NCBI GenBank assembly: GCA_964016885.1
Contig: CAXHJY010000830.1
Span: forward strand, 62,001-126,000
Direction of reading: 5' to 3'
Origin: Eledone cirrhosa
Taxonomy: Eukaryota
DNA length: 64,000 nt
Part shown: piece after piece, positions 44,019 to 56,817 of the stretch
Layout of the letters: each line of letters opens with the position of its first letter
Position numbering within the stretch: the first letter of the stretch is position 1
Translations under genes and position numbers: made by a program
Notes under the pieces: model-generated
What the model was told of the DNA's origin: nothing
The model's input: the letters and a program-made list of their open reading frames with translations, nothing else
Database searches by the model: none

Positions 44019-44630
44019 GTAAGTATGCATGTATACGTACATACATATATGTATACAGATATACATACATATGCATACAGGTACACATACATATATGCAC
44101 GTATCAGTTTAGCGGCGCTTATTATAACGTCGCTTTGTTCGTTTGTAAACAAACTGAACAGCCTGAATTTATGCCTGACCGATTTAACTCACTCAATATG
44201 CAAATTAGGCTGCTCAGCCGTTAATTTTCATAAGGAAAGTATATACTTTCGAACGTTCAACTATCTGGCAGATGGGTAAACGGTGCTGATGATAGCTAAC
44301 AAGCTTGAAACTAGTACATCGTTCCTGTGTCAGTGTTGAACAAAAAGGTGACGTGTTTGCCTTAACACCGTATGGCATAAATTCAGGCTGTTCAGTTTGT
44401 TTACAAACGAACAAAGCGACGTTATAATAAGCGCCGCTAAACTGATACGTGCATATATGTATGTGTACCTGTATGCATATGTATGTATATATGTATATAT
44501 ATATATATATATGTGCATGCTACTGTACGTCTGTATACATATATGTATGTACGTATACATGCATACTTACATTTAAGTAAGTGCCATACTAAGAGTGAGA
44601 AATGAAATTTCGTTTTCATTTTGTTTCAAT
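44017..44630 (+). mobile_element. Non-coding element with ~160-bp inverted repeats, internal hammerhead and one-sided tail
   Basis: 44017-44175 is the reverse complement of 44374-44572, whose arm has about 40 extra nt. Tail 44573-44630. (TA)n on both sides. Confidence 0.75.
44279..44323 (+). ncRNA. Minimal type I hammerhead ribozyme (Penelope-like type)
   Basis: aacggtg CTGATGA t agc taacaa gct t GAAA cta GTA catcgtt: 7-bp helix I, intact core, palindromic ACTAGT helix III, GUA cleavage after 44316. Confidence 0.8.
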
Positions 44631-44689
44631 TTATATATATATATATATATATAATGTGTGTGTTTGCTTATTTTCTTCATATTCAGTAT

Positions 44690-44730
<41 letters not shown>

Positions 44731-45029
44731 TATATATATAAGTAGTGATTTATTCACCACTACCTCTCATATATATGTATGTGAAACTATACGAAAAAAA
44801 CAACAGACGATGTGGTTCAACGTAGATGTATATTAGTTTCATGCTTAATACAGCAGGAAGAGTCTTAACGCTTCGGATGCTAGACATTTATCAGAATATA
44901 GAATGCAAAATTAAAGAAGAAATAGAAAGCTAGAGGAGAGAAGCAGAGGTAGAAGGAAAACAATTATTTAGGAAAAAGTAGGCCTGTTAATATTTTCACA
45001 CACACTCACCTACATAAGTCATATTATAG

Positions 45030-45104
45030 TAGGTGCCCCACAGTGGGATTGAACCAAGATACATACATGTGAAGCAACTTTCTCAACCATTGATCCATGC
45101 CTGC
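45030..45104 (-). mobile_element. Decayed tRNA-derived SINE head
   Basis: Minus strand gcaggcatggatcaatggttgag...ggttcaatccc shows A- and B-box-like motifs. Confidence 0.5.
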
Positions 45105-45659
45105 ATACATAAAGTAAATTGTAAAAATAAAAAGAATATATACTTAATGTGTTTCATTTCATGGCTATTAGAGTGGAACTGTTTTAGATCTCATATCAAT
45201 CATCATTTTACACTTGATTCTGTTTTTGAATTAGTGTTAGCATATCTTATATTGTAGTTAATTATACTCAAGCAGTCATGCATGATGCTTTATTTAATCT
45301 TGTAAAATGTATATATAACTTATAAGAAACTACAGATCTATCTTAAGGCACTTTGATTTTGTCACAGAAGATAAATTAATAATTTTCTTCAAAGTTAATT
45401 TCATAAAATAATTTCCACTTCTGCAGCATTAATAGCAATAGTTTACTTTTCAAAAGGATTTGTTCAAGATAATCTCTGGTGACATTTTGTGCAATACATT
45501 GACCTATATTTAAGGCATTGTGTGTGAGTGTCAGTGTGAGGGAGTAGGGTGTGCAATTCATATTAATTAAATTTTAATACTCAACAAACACCATTTCAAA
45601 TATTCCCCTCAGCAGAGACAGAAAAGAGTAATGATGGGGCATTATATTAGTTAGATTTA

Positions 45660-45842
45660 GGCGGTGGATTGGCAGTATCAGTAGAGGGTCGAACGCCATG
45701 CTTTCCAGCATAGTTACGTCCCTTTACAATCTGAGTTCAAATCCCCCGAGGTTGACTTTGCCTTTCATCCTTACGGGGTTGATAAAATAAAGTACCAGTA
45801 ATGCACTGGGTAATTGCTGGCCTTGTGCCTTAAGTAGAGACA
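45660..45842 (+). mobile_element. Nin/Deu-domain-like SINE with 19-bp target-site duplication
   Basis: B box gagttcaaatc; central domain gttgactttgcctttcatccttacggggttgataaaataaagtaccag; TSD attatattagttagattta at 45641-45659 and 45843-45861. Confidence 0.8.
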
Positions 45843-47459
45843 ATTATATTAGTTAGATTTAACTATTTGCTAACCAATGAGAGACCCTCTAAGGAGTCAC
45901 TTGACCCCTACAAATGGCAGCCCTCAAATTACACCTTACCACCTTATGTAAAGAGCAATATCAGTTAATGACAAACAAAATTAGACAGGATAACTATGAT
46001 TGGAATGTTTTTCATAATGTCTGTTCAATCCTGTCCGACCTGGGCTAAACACCACCATTATCATTTAGTTTGATCTTGTCCTACATTCCATTATGTAACT
46101 TACTACACATGAGGATACTTAATGAGACTACATTTTATTCACAATGAAGAACATGATAGGCCACTTAGATACCTGATAATTTCTGGTCAATGTTTCACTG
46201 TCCTAATAAGATGTCTTCTTCTTTTCTACTATTTACAAGAGAAAACCAAATTATTAACTTTATACTTTTATCCACTGAGACAGTACTATTTCAACAAGTC
46301 AATAAGAATTAAGCTATAGACTAAGACAGATGACTGCCTGTTTATATAGCCATGTTATCCTCTTAATTGCCCTTTATCTTATTCTAATTACTAAATTAAT
46401 AATCAGATCAGTTCCATTTTCAGTCCCAAAGCTAAAATCTTCTAAACTTTAAAGCACCACTATAAAATATTTTACATATTTTCAGAAATCCCAGAGTGGG
46501 ATTTCTGTGTTTAAAAGAGTAATATCTGGAATATTAACAAATAACAATATGATTATTTTTTCATACCTTTGTCATCTAACTAGTTTCTGCGATCAATTGT
46601 TTTTCTAAAAGTTTTATCAAGTTATATTACATACAAATCTATAGCTGTACTTTTATGTCTTCATGGTGTAAATAATTTCTACCATAAATGAAAAGAAACA
46701 ATATTTAATATGACATGTTTGAACTGATAATTGATTTTCTGTCTGTATATGATAAATTGTCTAAATGTATTTCCAGATAGTAATGAAAAATGAGAGAGAC
46801 AAAAAATTAAGAATGCTGGTAAGCTATTATGGAATAGGACTGAGTATTCATATACTATTTTCTTGTTTACTAGATATCATTTATAAATATATAAACTTAT
46901 TTCATACTTATATTTACATTTGTAAAGTATTATTGCTTTCCTTATAACCGACAAGTCATTTTCGATATAGGCAAGTTTGATATATGTGGTATGGGAATTC
47001 ACTTATATGTCAGAATCTACTACTTCCAAAAATTAGATTTATGCTAGAAAAATCCACATTTATACAATTTATTATGTGAGGAGGTGAAAGTTGTTCTATA
47101 CAATATATATGTGATAGTGATGATGATGACTATGGCAATAATAATTATTTCAAGTTTAGGAAAATTCTCAAATGAGAAAGTATGTGTGACACATAGCTTA
47201 TACCAAATTGTGGAAGGTCAACAGAAATCAAATATACACTTGTCCTTGTAGAAATCTCAGGTATTTCACGATTTGTCTTCAATTTGGGGATTGGATCATT
47301 TATTATGTGACTTGCATGTATTTCAATATATTCTAGAATGCATGAGATATTTATAAGTCATTTATTTCTTATCTATTCTCTCTTGATTTACTTCTGATTT
47401 TCATTCCCTTCAGTGGTCTTATTCTATTCTACATTACTTTATTTAGAAAGCATACGCTC

Positions 47460-48165
47460 ATAGGTGGCAAATTGGTTGAGTCATTAGAGAATAAGACATA
47501 CATAGCAGTATTTGACCCAGGTCTTTGTGGTCTCAGTTCAAATCTTGTTGAGGTCAGCTTTGACTTTTATATTTCTAAAGTTGATAAAACAATGTATCAG
47601 TCTAAGGTGGTGGATTGACAGGTTCGTTAGAACATCCACATAATGCTTTGCAGTATTTCTTTTGACCTTCTGCATTCTGAGTTCAAGCCTCACTTAATCT
47701 TACTTAACACCACTGCCTAGTCCATGGGTGCCTTTAGCAGAATCTATTCTGATGCAACTATTTGGACCAAGACTTTGGTTTAAGGATATTTATCTACTTC
47801 CCTCCATCGAAAAATGGAGGCTTCAAAGAGTGATAAAGAGAGAAGAGATAGAGAGAGAAGAGATTTTTTTTAAATTTTAGTTATAAATTAGCCAGTTCTA
47901 TATTTTTTCCATACTAGGCATTTTTTTATCATGTTATTTCATTTAGGTTTCCCTGCCCATTTCATTAGTTGTTCACTATAAGCTTATTTACTGAATATCA
48001 CCTATGGAAGGTGGAGAATTGGCAAAGTCATTAGAACATCAGAAAGAAAGATTTGCAGTATTTGATCTGGCTCTCTGCACTCTGACTTGAAATCCTACTG
48101 AGGGCAGCTTTGCCTGTGATCCTTTCAAGGGCGATAAAAAAAAAGTACTAGTCCAATACTGAGGC
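47460..48165 (+). mobile_element. Cluster of decayed copies of the same Nin/Deu-like SINE (~47460-47600, 47605-47700, 48010-48165)
   Basis: Repeated ggtgg..attgg head, ctgagttcaa box and ctttg.ctt..atcc..gataaaa..gtac domain. Confidence 0.6.
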
Positions 48166-49199
48166 ATTTCTTCCTTTATATGTCTTTCTCAGTTTCCCTT
48201 TCTCACTCTCTATCCTTCTGTGGAAGAAATCAGATATGTTCAGACTTGGAGGTGGGGAATCAGTTTTTAAAAAGGCCTAAGAAACACTGTATGACAGTAC
48301 AGCTCCTCTATGACTCCATCAGGAGTTATGGGTTAATATATACATCATATATACATACCAGCTCTTAGTATAACCAAACTATAACCTCCATTGAAAACAA
48401 TTTATTTTTATTTTTTTAGAATAATGTTATCAGGTCACTCCCACCAACTATAACTTTATCAGTCTAATCCACTAATCAATGCATTATTAGTAAATTTAAG
48501 AGAGAAAAAAAACAGAAGGCTGACTCAACTTCTGATAATCAGCTGCATTTGTATATTTACCAAATTTGAAATGCCACAGCATATACTGTTATCAATATTA
48601 CACTAACATGCAGTGAACATAGCCATTATCTAATGAGATTCAGCTGAATGTTAACGAGAAGATTGTGTTTGATTTTAATGAAACCTTATATTTGCACCAA
48701 TATTGCATCGAGCAGTCAACACAAAAGGAAATGTTGACTTGCCTAAGCTTAAACATGAAACAAGAGTTTTTTCCCTGGAGGTAAATATTCTAAAAAAAAA
48801 CCTCTTGATTCTTTTGGACAATGCGCTTAAAGAGGTTCTTCTATTATAGCTTTGGGTTGATCAATACTTTGTGAGTGAAATTCGGATGCCCACAGTGTGT
48901 GTCTATGTAGGCTTATGTTTATTGTTTTTGTCTTGTAATTTAGCAGTTCAACAAAAAGACGTTGATAAAATAAATACCAGACTCAAAAAAATAAATTGGG
49001 TTTGATGTGTTAGACCAAATCTCTTCAACATGGTACCCCAGCATGAGTACAGCCTAATTACAGAAATCAATAAAAGAATAAAATATATTTAACGATATTT
49101 ACAACTTCTAAATTCCGACAATATCTGAATGGGTAGCATATAGTATTACTGGCTTAGGAATAGAAATGTTTATTACAATAAAAACACTTTTTTCAGTCA

Positions 49200-50272
49200 G
49201 GGAAAATATTTCACATGTTTTCCAAGAGAAGGAGCTTCAAAAGGTAATGGTGGAAAGTCGTCTTCTTTGCTCACTTATTCCTAAGAGGGTTGTGAGGGAA
49301 GAGTCCTCAAGCACTTCTTCCAGCAGGTCCTGTCAGAAGCAACAATCTCCAACTGATCCAGCTGGATCCCCAAGCAAGACCAGTCAACCTTCTTTCTTGG
49401 AGTCAACCTCCTGCTACTTGGTTTTGCCCATAAAATTTGTCCAGTGATTCTTTCCTGAAACATTTTAACACATTCCTATAGTATCAGAGAGCTGTGATCG
49501 CTCAATTCGGAGAAGTAGTGGTTCTACCTGGAGTGACTCTCTGATCTCCGAGCTATGAATTCTATCGTGTAATGTTACTCGATAGACCCTTCGGAGGAAC
49601 TCCATTTTGGCCGTTTGTGTTCATGATCATATTCTCTTGGTCATTACCCAAGATTCGTGACCATAGGTAAGGGTTGGCACAAATACCGAAGTGAAGATAG
49701 CAAGTTTAGCTTTTACGTGTACCTCCCTTCTGATTACCGAATGCTGAAGCTGGTGTAGTAATGCAATTCTTGCACTTAATTCAACCTCTTGCCTTCCATC
49801 ACTCGTGAACATGACCTTGTGATACTTAAATTTCTCTACCTGCTTCAGTGGAACTCCATTCCCATTTAGAGTGCACTTTGTATGCTTCCTTGAGAGGACG
49901 AGTGTCTCAGTTTCCACGGCACTGATTTTCATTCCAGCCATGCAGTACTCAGCATCAAACCTATTGGGTGCAAGTCGGAGATCACCTTCTGTCGAGTTAA
50001 GTAACACCATGTTGTCTGCAAATTCCAGCCGACTGATTTTACACCTGCCAGTCATAATACTATTTTTCAACCCAGCTGCGCATGTCAATCATGTTCATGT
50101 AAATAATGAACAGGAGAGGTGACAGTACGCACCCTTAGTGGAGTTCGACTCCCACATTGAATGGTTTAGATTTAGTACCATTTATCCGAACTCAAATACT
50201 TGGGCATTTGTATAGACATCAGGACACTAAGAAGCTGATCATCAATCCCATACTCCTGCAGAACATTCCACA
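49200..50272 (-). mobile_element. Old RTE-clade LINE (different family, no PHD insert), 5'-truncated
   Basis: ORF 49627-50088 reads LEFADN..GMKIS..TETLVL..LKQVEKFKY..PTLTYGHESW. Confidence 0.85.
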
Positions 50273-50671
50273 CAATATATATTAAAGCCCTTCAGATATG
50301 AAAGTAAATAACCTAGTTATTAGGGTTTACAATAAAAAAAAATCATGATTTCTGGCAATGTAATGTGTCATTGAGCAAGACACTTTATATCACATTGTTC
50401 CAGTCCATAAAACAAAGTGTTGTGCTTGTGGTTCAAATGGTCCTCCATGTCACATATTGTGTCATGCTGCATTTCTGAGAATTATATTAAGGGTACATGT
50501 GTCAGGGGAATGCTCAGTCACTTGCACCTTAATGTCACAAGTAAGTTCTTTCTTTAAGCAAACCACTGGGATTATCATCATCAGAACTGATGGAGGCCCA
50601 ACATAGCCCTTTCATTTGAAAAGGAAATAAAAGAACCTTTTGTAACCCTTTCTGATTCTATGTGAGATTTA

Positions 50672-53600
50672 ACATCATCATCATCAATGTTTAACGTCCG
50701 TGTTCCACGCTTGCATGGGTTTGGACGGGGGTAGTCCCACTTGAGGCAAGAGTGATTGTCTTGCTCGCATAGGACTGTCTGGCAGGTTTTCTACAGTTGG
50801 ATGCCCTTCCTAACACCAACCACATTTACAGTGTGGGTCTGGGAGGTTTTTACCATGTTGCCTACACGGCCACATTACAGCGTGGACTGTGTGTTTTTTT
50901 GTCGTGACACCTACATGATCTCATTTGTTTCGGCCTGGATGGCGCGGCACCAACATAACTTTACATAGAACGGGGTGGTGTGGATGGGGTGGTGGTGGTG
51001 GTGGTGGGACGGGGTGTATTTTGTTAGAGATGCCTACTGGCTGGAGTAGGTTTTACTATATATTTAGGTAAGGCGGGTCTTCTCTGTTACTGAGTACCGC
51101 CAAAGGTCTCGGTCCAGTGACATAGTCTTGGAGAGGTGTAAGTGTGTGATGTCGGAGTTTATCAGCTCGTCCCAGGTTTTTCTAGGTCTGCCTATTCCGT
51201 GACTACCGTCTATCTTTATTGCCCTGCACTTTGTTATACAGCTATCGACTTTCATGCGCATCACGTGTCCATACCAACGTAGCCTTCTCTCGAGTAAACA
51301 ACATCTGATCCCTCTTATCTCTAATTTTTTCCTTAGTTCGTTTATGCTTTGCCGTTCACGTATATTACTGTTACACATCCAGCGGAGCATGCAAGCTTCA
51401 TTCCTCTCTAGTCTGCGTATATCCTCTGCACACAATGCCCAGGTCTCACTGCCATGCAGCATTGCTGTTCGTATGCAGGCATCGTACAACCTGCCTTTCA
51501 TTTTTAGGGAGAACCCTTTAGCAGCTAATAGTGGTATAAGCTCTCTGAACTTTTTCCAACCAGTTCTGACTCTAGCTACAGTACTTTCAGAGCACCCTCC
51601 CCCACTGCTGATTTTATCGCCCAGGTAACGGAAGCTGTCCACTATTTCTATAGAACCCTCTGCGCAATTGAAAGAGCTAGTATTTAGTGGGCACTTGCTG
51701 CTACTTATTGCACCAGAACACCGGCCACATGTAAAATCTATGTTCTTAGTTAGCTTACCTGTGATCCCACTACATCTTTTATGCACCCATACTTTGCATT
51801 TAGGACATAAAATGGAGTTTCTACCTACGCCTTTCCTACACACCGAGCACGACCATTTCCCAGAAGGGACCGCCGCCTTGTTTTCTTTCCTACAAACTAG
51901 AACTTTGGTCTTAGCCAGGTTAATTTTAAGTCCTTTTGACTCTAGGCCGTGCTTCCATGTTTGGAATTTCTTCTCTAGCTCGGCCATTGATTCCGCTATG
52001 AGTGTCAGGTCGTCTGCGTATAGGAGTTCCCATGGGCAGCCTGTCTTGAACTCCTCTGTTATAGCCTGAAGGGCAATAATAAATAGTAGGGGGCTGAGAA
52101 CAGAGCCCTGATGGATGCCAACTTTTACGCTAAACTCTTCACTATATTCGTTGTTAATTCTAACCTTGCTGACTGTTTCTTTATACATGGCTTGTATAGC
52201 CCTCACAAGCCATTCGTCAACGCCTAGTTTTCTAAGAGCCCACCAGATAATGGAGCGGGGGACTCTGTCGAAGGCTTTCTCCAAGTCGACAAAAGCTAAG
52301 TAGAGGGGTTTACCTTTAGCTAGGTACTTCTCCTGTAGTTGTCGTACTATGAAAAGAGCGTCTGTGGTACTTTTGCCTGACACAAACCCGAACTGCATTT
52401 CATCTAGGTCAATTCTCTCTCTGATTAGTTGCGCTATTACTTTTTCCGTGACCTTCATGACCTGGTCGATTAATTTAATGCCTCTATAGTTACTCCTATC
52501 TAGGGCGTCTCCTTTACCCTTATAACAGTTAACGATGATGCTGCTACGCCAGTCCTTCAGAACAACCCCATTCTATACGACTTGGTTAACTATCCGGGTG
52601 ACCATGGTGTGTCCCACCGTGCCAGATGCCTTCAGCATCTCAGCAACTATTTCCGAAGGCCCAGCCGCCTTACCCGTCTTCATATCCTTGATTGCCTTAC
52701 TTATTATACTCCCCTCGACTAACACTGCTGGTCCCTCTATTGGGTCGATATGGGGGAGACTGTCTTTCTCCCATTTATTCTCCTCATTTAGTAACCTTTC
52801 ATAGTGACACTTCCAAGCTACCTTCTTATCAGCGTCGGTGATGGCAAGTGTGCTATCGTCGTTTAGTACACACTTCTCCCCGACAATATCACGGTTTTCC
52901 TTGACGCATTGCCTAGCAATCCTGAACACCTCACGTTTTTGGTCATCGCGTTGTAGAACATGCTTGAACTTTCTTTCCTCAGCTTCCCTTCTTGCTAAGT
53001 ACACTTGTCTCCTAGCTTCCCTCCTGGCCACTTGATAGTCTTCTCTACTTCCCCCATCCCGCCATACTTTCCAAGCCTGCTTTTTGGCCTTAATTGACCC
53101 CTCCACCTTACTGTTCCACCACCATGTTACTCTCCTCCTGCCTACAGGCCTGCTCCAGCCACAGACTTCGTCTGTCGCGTACAGCAGGTTTGCTTTCAGA
53201 AATTCCCACTCTCCCTCTATATTGTCCGACTCTAAATGTTCTTCCTTACTGTCGAAAGCATCAAGTAATATGCTTTGAAATTTATTCCTGGCTGTGGGGT
53301 CCTTTAGCTTCCATATTTTTCTCCTGAGGATAGTCCTCTTCTGCTGTCGAGTACGTCTCGTCCTGACTATGAGGTCGCTAATTATCAGTCTATGTTGGGA
53401 GGTGCATTCTTCATGGGGGAGGGATTTAGTGTTTACAACAGACACTCTGTCACGTCTTTTGGTAAGGATATAATCTACCTGGCTTGTGTGTTCCCCGGAT
53501 CTATAGGTGATCAGGTGATTGTCACGTTTTTTGAAGTTAGTGTTACAGATAGTTAGGTTATTTGCATCACAGAATTACAGGATTCTGGAGCCTTCCTCAT

Positions 53601-53870
53601 TTCTAGTACCAAACCCATAGCCTCCATGGATTTCGTTGTAACCGTCACAATGTTGTCCAACGTGACCATTTAGGTTGCCTGCAATAATTATATAGTCACT
53701 GTCGGATATTTGGGAGGTAGTTAGCATCAGTGTCTCATAGAATCTGTCTTTTATAGTGCCGGGCAGTCCGGATTGGGGTGCGTACGCAGATATTACTGTC
53801 ACCGTAGTTCTATTGAGGACAAGTCGTATTTTAATTATTCTGTCGTTCACTCTATTTACGTCTATTATCA
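50672..53870 (-). mobile_element. RTE LINE subfamily A, 3.2 kb, truncated within the endonuclease
   Basis: ORFs 53575-53871, 52573-53445 and 51064-52458 lie in one frame separated by stops; near-identical to 33020-36210. Confidence 0.97.
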
Positions 53871-54562
53871 TATATACTCAAATATATGCCAACTCTCTAT
53901 TTTATGTCTGAGAAATATTGAAACTTCATGTATAAGCAGAGGCAGCTAAACAACACAATGTTTAGATGGCACAGTTTTAAAATTCTGATGAGTGGAGTAT
54001 ATTTATGAAATTCCAATATTCTGATATCTAAAATATTTTAAGTGTTGTTTGCATTATAGTTTTTGTTTCACAACTCCATTACATAATGATTTTTTTACCA
54101 ATTTCTCACCGTTTTGAAGGCCATATTCATTCAAAACACATTTAACAATTATAGGAATTACAAATTTCATCTTCAAAGTGAAGCCTGTGTAATTTTAGCT
54201 CCTCATTTATTGAAAGTTGGTGAAAATAAGCAAAATATTCAAATATGAGCCAAACTCTTGTTTTACCATCCATTTCTTTCTGTCACATATTTCTCAGCAT
54301 ATGAGTATATATGGCACTATTTCTTCATGGCATGTATACAACTTCTCTCAATTTCTCAATTACATTATATTCAATTCATGTCAACTGAGTGCAATTTTCT
54401 AAATGGATATATAACTTTACTAACCCCTGAATCTAGTGACAGGTGAAAATATGTAATTAGTACAGACATTACAGATGATATTATTTTTGTTATGTCTCTA
54501 TGTGTTTGAAAGAAATCAAATATCTACTTTTGTAGGCTTCATATGTAACATGATAGTTTAAC

Positions 54563-54604
<42 letters not shown>

Positions 54605-54959
54605 TTGAGGGCGACTGACCAAGGTGAAAACAGCTAGTTGGTCAGTCGTCCTCTCTGTCTCTGATTTTCGTACCCATGGATTTTATATATTCCTTTGTTA
54701 TATTTCGAATACCTCATGATATCACCGGATTCATACAGAACCCAGTCATTGAAATGATAGTATAATAAACTTTTCAAGGATTTACACCAGTCCAGCCTCC
54801 TGTTATTTTATTCATAATAATTAACTCCGTATTCGCACCACCAAATACACAAATGAAGACGGGTGAACTGTACTATGTTGAGTACTTTCCCTAATATTGC
54901 ATCAAGATTGACCATACAGAATGACCAATTCTATCCAGTGGTTAACCTATCAAACCTAA

Positions 54960-55142
54960 ATAAAAAATATATATATATATATATTATATATATATATGCA
55001 TATTATATATATATATATGTTAAAACAATGTATATATATGTGTATATATATATATTATATATATTATATATATATTATATATATATATATATATATGTGT
55101 ATATATATATTATATATATATTGTATATATATATATATATAT

Positions 55143-55196
<54 letters not shown>

Positions 55197-55218
55197 ATAT
55201 ATATATATATATTATATA

Positions 55219-55266
<48 letters not shown>

Positions 55267-55298
55267 GATATATAAAAGATATATATATAATAGATATA
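54960..55298. repeat. (TA)n/(TATTA) microsatellite
   Basis: Direct reading. Confidence 0.95.
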
Positions 55299-55951
55299 TA
55301 AAAGATAGACGGTAGCCACGGAGTAGGCAGACCCAGAAAAACATGGGACGAGCTGATAAATTCCGACCTCACACGCTTACACCTCTCCAAGACAATGTCA
55401 CTGGACCGAGACCTTTGGCGGTACTCAGTAATAGAGAAGACCCGCCTTACCTAAATACAAAGTAAAAACCTACTACAGTCAGTAGGCACCTCTATCAAAA
55501 CACACCCCCGTCCCACCACCTCCACCCCACCCACACCGCCCCTTTCAATGTAAAGTTATGTTGGTCCCACAACATCCAGGCCGAAACAAATGAGATCGTG
55601 TAGGTGTCACGACAAAAAACACACAGTCCACGCTGTAAATGTGGCCGTGTAGGCAACACGGTAAAAACCTCCCAGCCCCACACTGTAAATGTGGTTGGTG
55701 TTAGGAAGGGCATCCAGCTGTAGAAAACCCGCCAGACAGTCCACGCTGTAATGTGGCCGTGTAGGCAACACGGTAAAAACCTCCCAGCCCCACACTGTAA
55801 ATGTGGTTGGTGTTAGGAAGGGCATCCAACTGTAGAAAACCCGCCAGACAGTCCTATGCGAGCAAGACAACCACTCTTGCCTCAAGTGGGAAAACCCCCG
55901 TCCAAACCCATGCAAGCGTGGAACACGGACGCTAAACCTGATGATGATGAT
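55299..55951 (+). mobile_element. RTE A short 3' fragment with a ~113-bp tandem duplication in the 3' UTR
   Basis: The unit acagtccacgctg...cccgccag occurs twice, starting near 55623 and 55736. Confidence 0.92.
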
Positions 55952-55977
55952 ATATATATATATATGTATTATATATA

Positions 55978-56390
55978 TATTTATTAAAATAACAGATTAA
56001 AGTTTAAGCAAAGAATCGCTGCTTTCACCCTTAACGGGATCTTCTGAAACTAACAAAGTCAATCTGTAAACGCAGAAGTGGATATTTCAAAAAACGTTGC
56101 AACTGGAGGAACACAGGAAGACGATACTTTGGTTCGTGGAAACGCTCCCTGGCAAAGAACGGGAAAAAACGAATATAATACGTCATTAATAGGAGCGGTG
56201 AAAAACAATCCGGTTGCAACGTTTTTTTACTTTGTTAGTTTCAGAAGATCCCGTTAAGGGTGAAAGCAGCGATTATTTGCTTAAACTTTAATCTGTTATT
56301 TTAATAAATATTTGCTCTACGGCTCTTATATATTTGATATATATTTATCCTATCGAGCCCTCTTTGGATTTTAGTCTTCAAATTTATTAT
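55978..56390 (+). mobile_element. Non-coding foldback element: 82-bp inverted arms each containing a hammerhead-like fold, one-sided tail
   Basis: 55978-56059 pairs with 56229-56310 (one mismatch); inner inverted repeat 56089-56107 with 56209-56228; TA repeats on both sides. Confidence 0.7.
56237..56287 (+). ncRNA. Variant type I hammerhead fold (U4A core, CUU site); mirror copy at 56001-56051 on -
   Basis: agttt CAGAAGA t ccc gttaa ggg t GAA Agcag cgattat ttgcT T aaact: all three helices form around the core. Confidence 0.55.
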
Positions 56391-56443
56391 TATTACTATT
56401 ATATATATATATATATATTATATTATATATATATATATTATAT

Positions 56444-56491
<48 letters not shown>

Positions 56492-56532
56492 ATATTATAT
56501 ATATATTATATTATATATATATTATATTATAT

Positions 56533-56568
<36 letters not shown>

Positions 56569-56637
56569 AGGGTAAACATTGATGCAATTCAATTCAAGCA
56601 TTCAACGTACTTTTTCCACATAGGAGTGACGGAGTAA

Positions 56638-56731
56638 ATATCGAATAAGGAAAAGCGAAGTAGTTTCAGATGTTCAAGTCCTTTAATAATTAAAGGACTT
56701 GAACATCTGAAACTACTTCGCTTTTCCTTAT

Positions 56732-56738
<7 letters not shown>
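56638..56738. repeat. Perfect palindrome, 50-bp arms, 1-nt spacer
   Basis: 56638-56687 is the exact reverse complement of 56689-56738. Confidence 0.95.
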
Positions 56739-56790
<52 letters not shown>

Positions 56791-56817
56791 GATTATATAT
56801 ATATATTATATATATAT

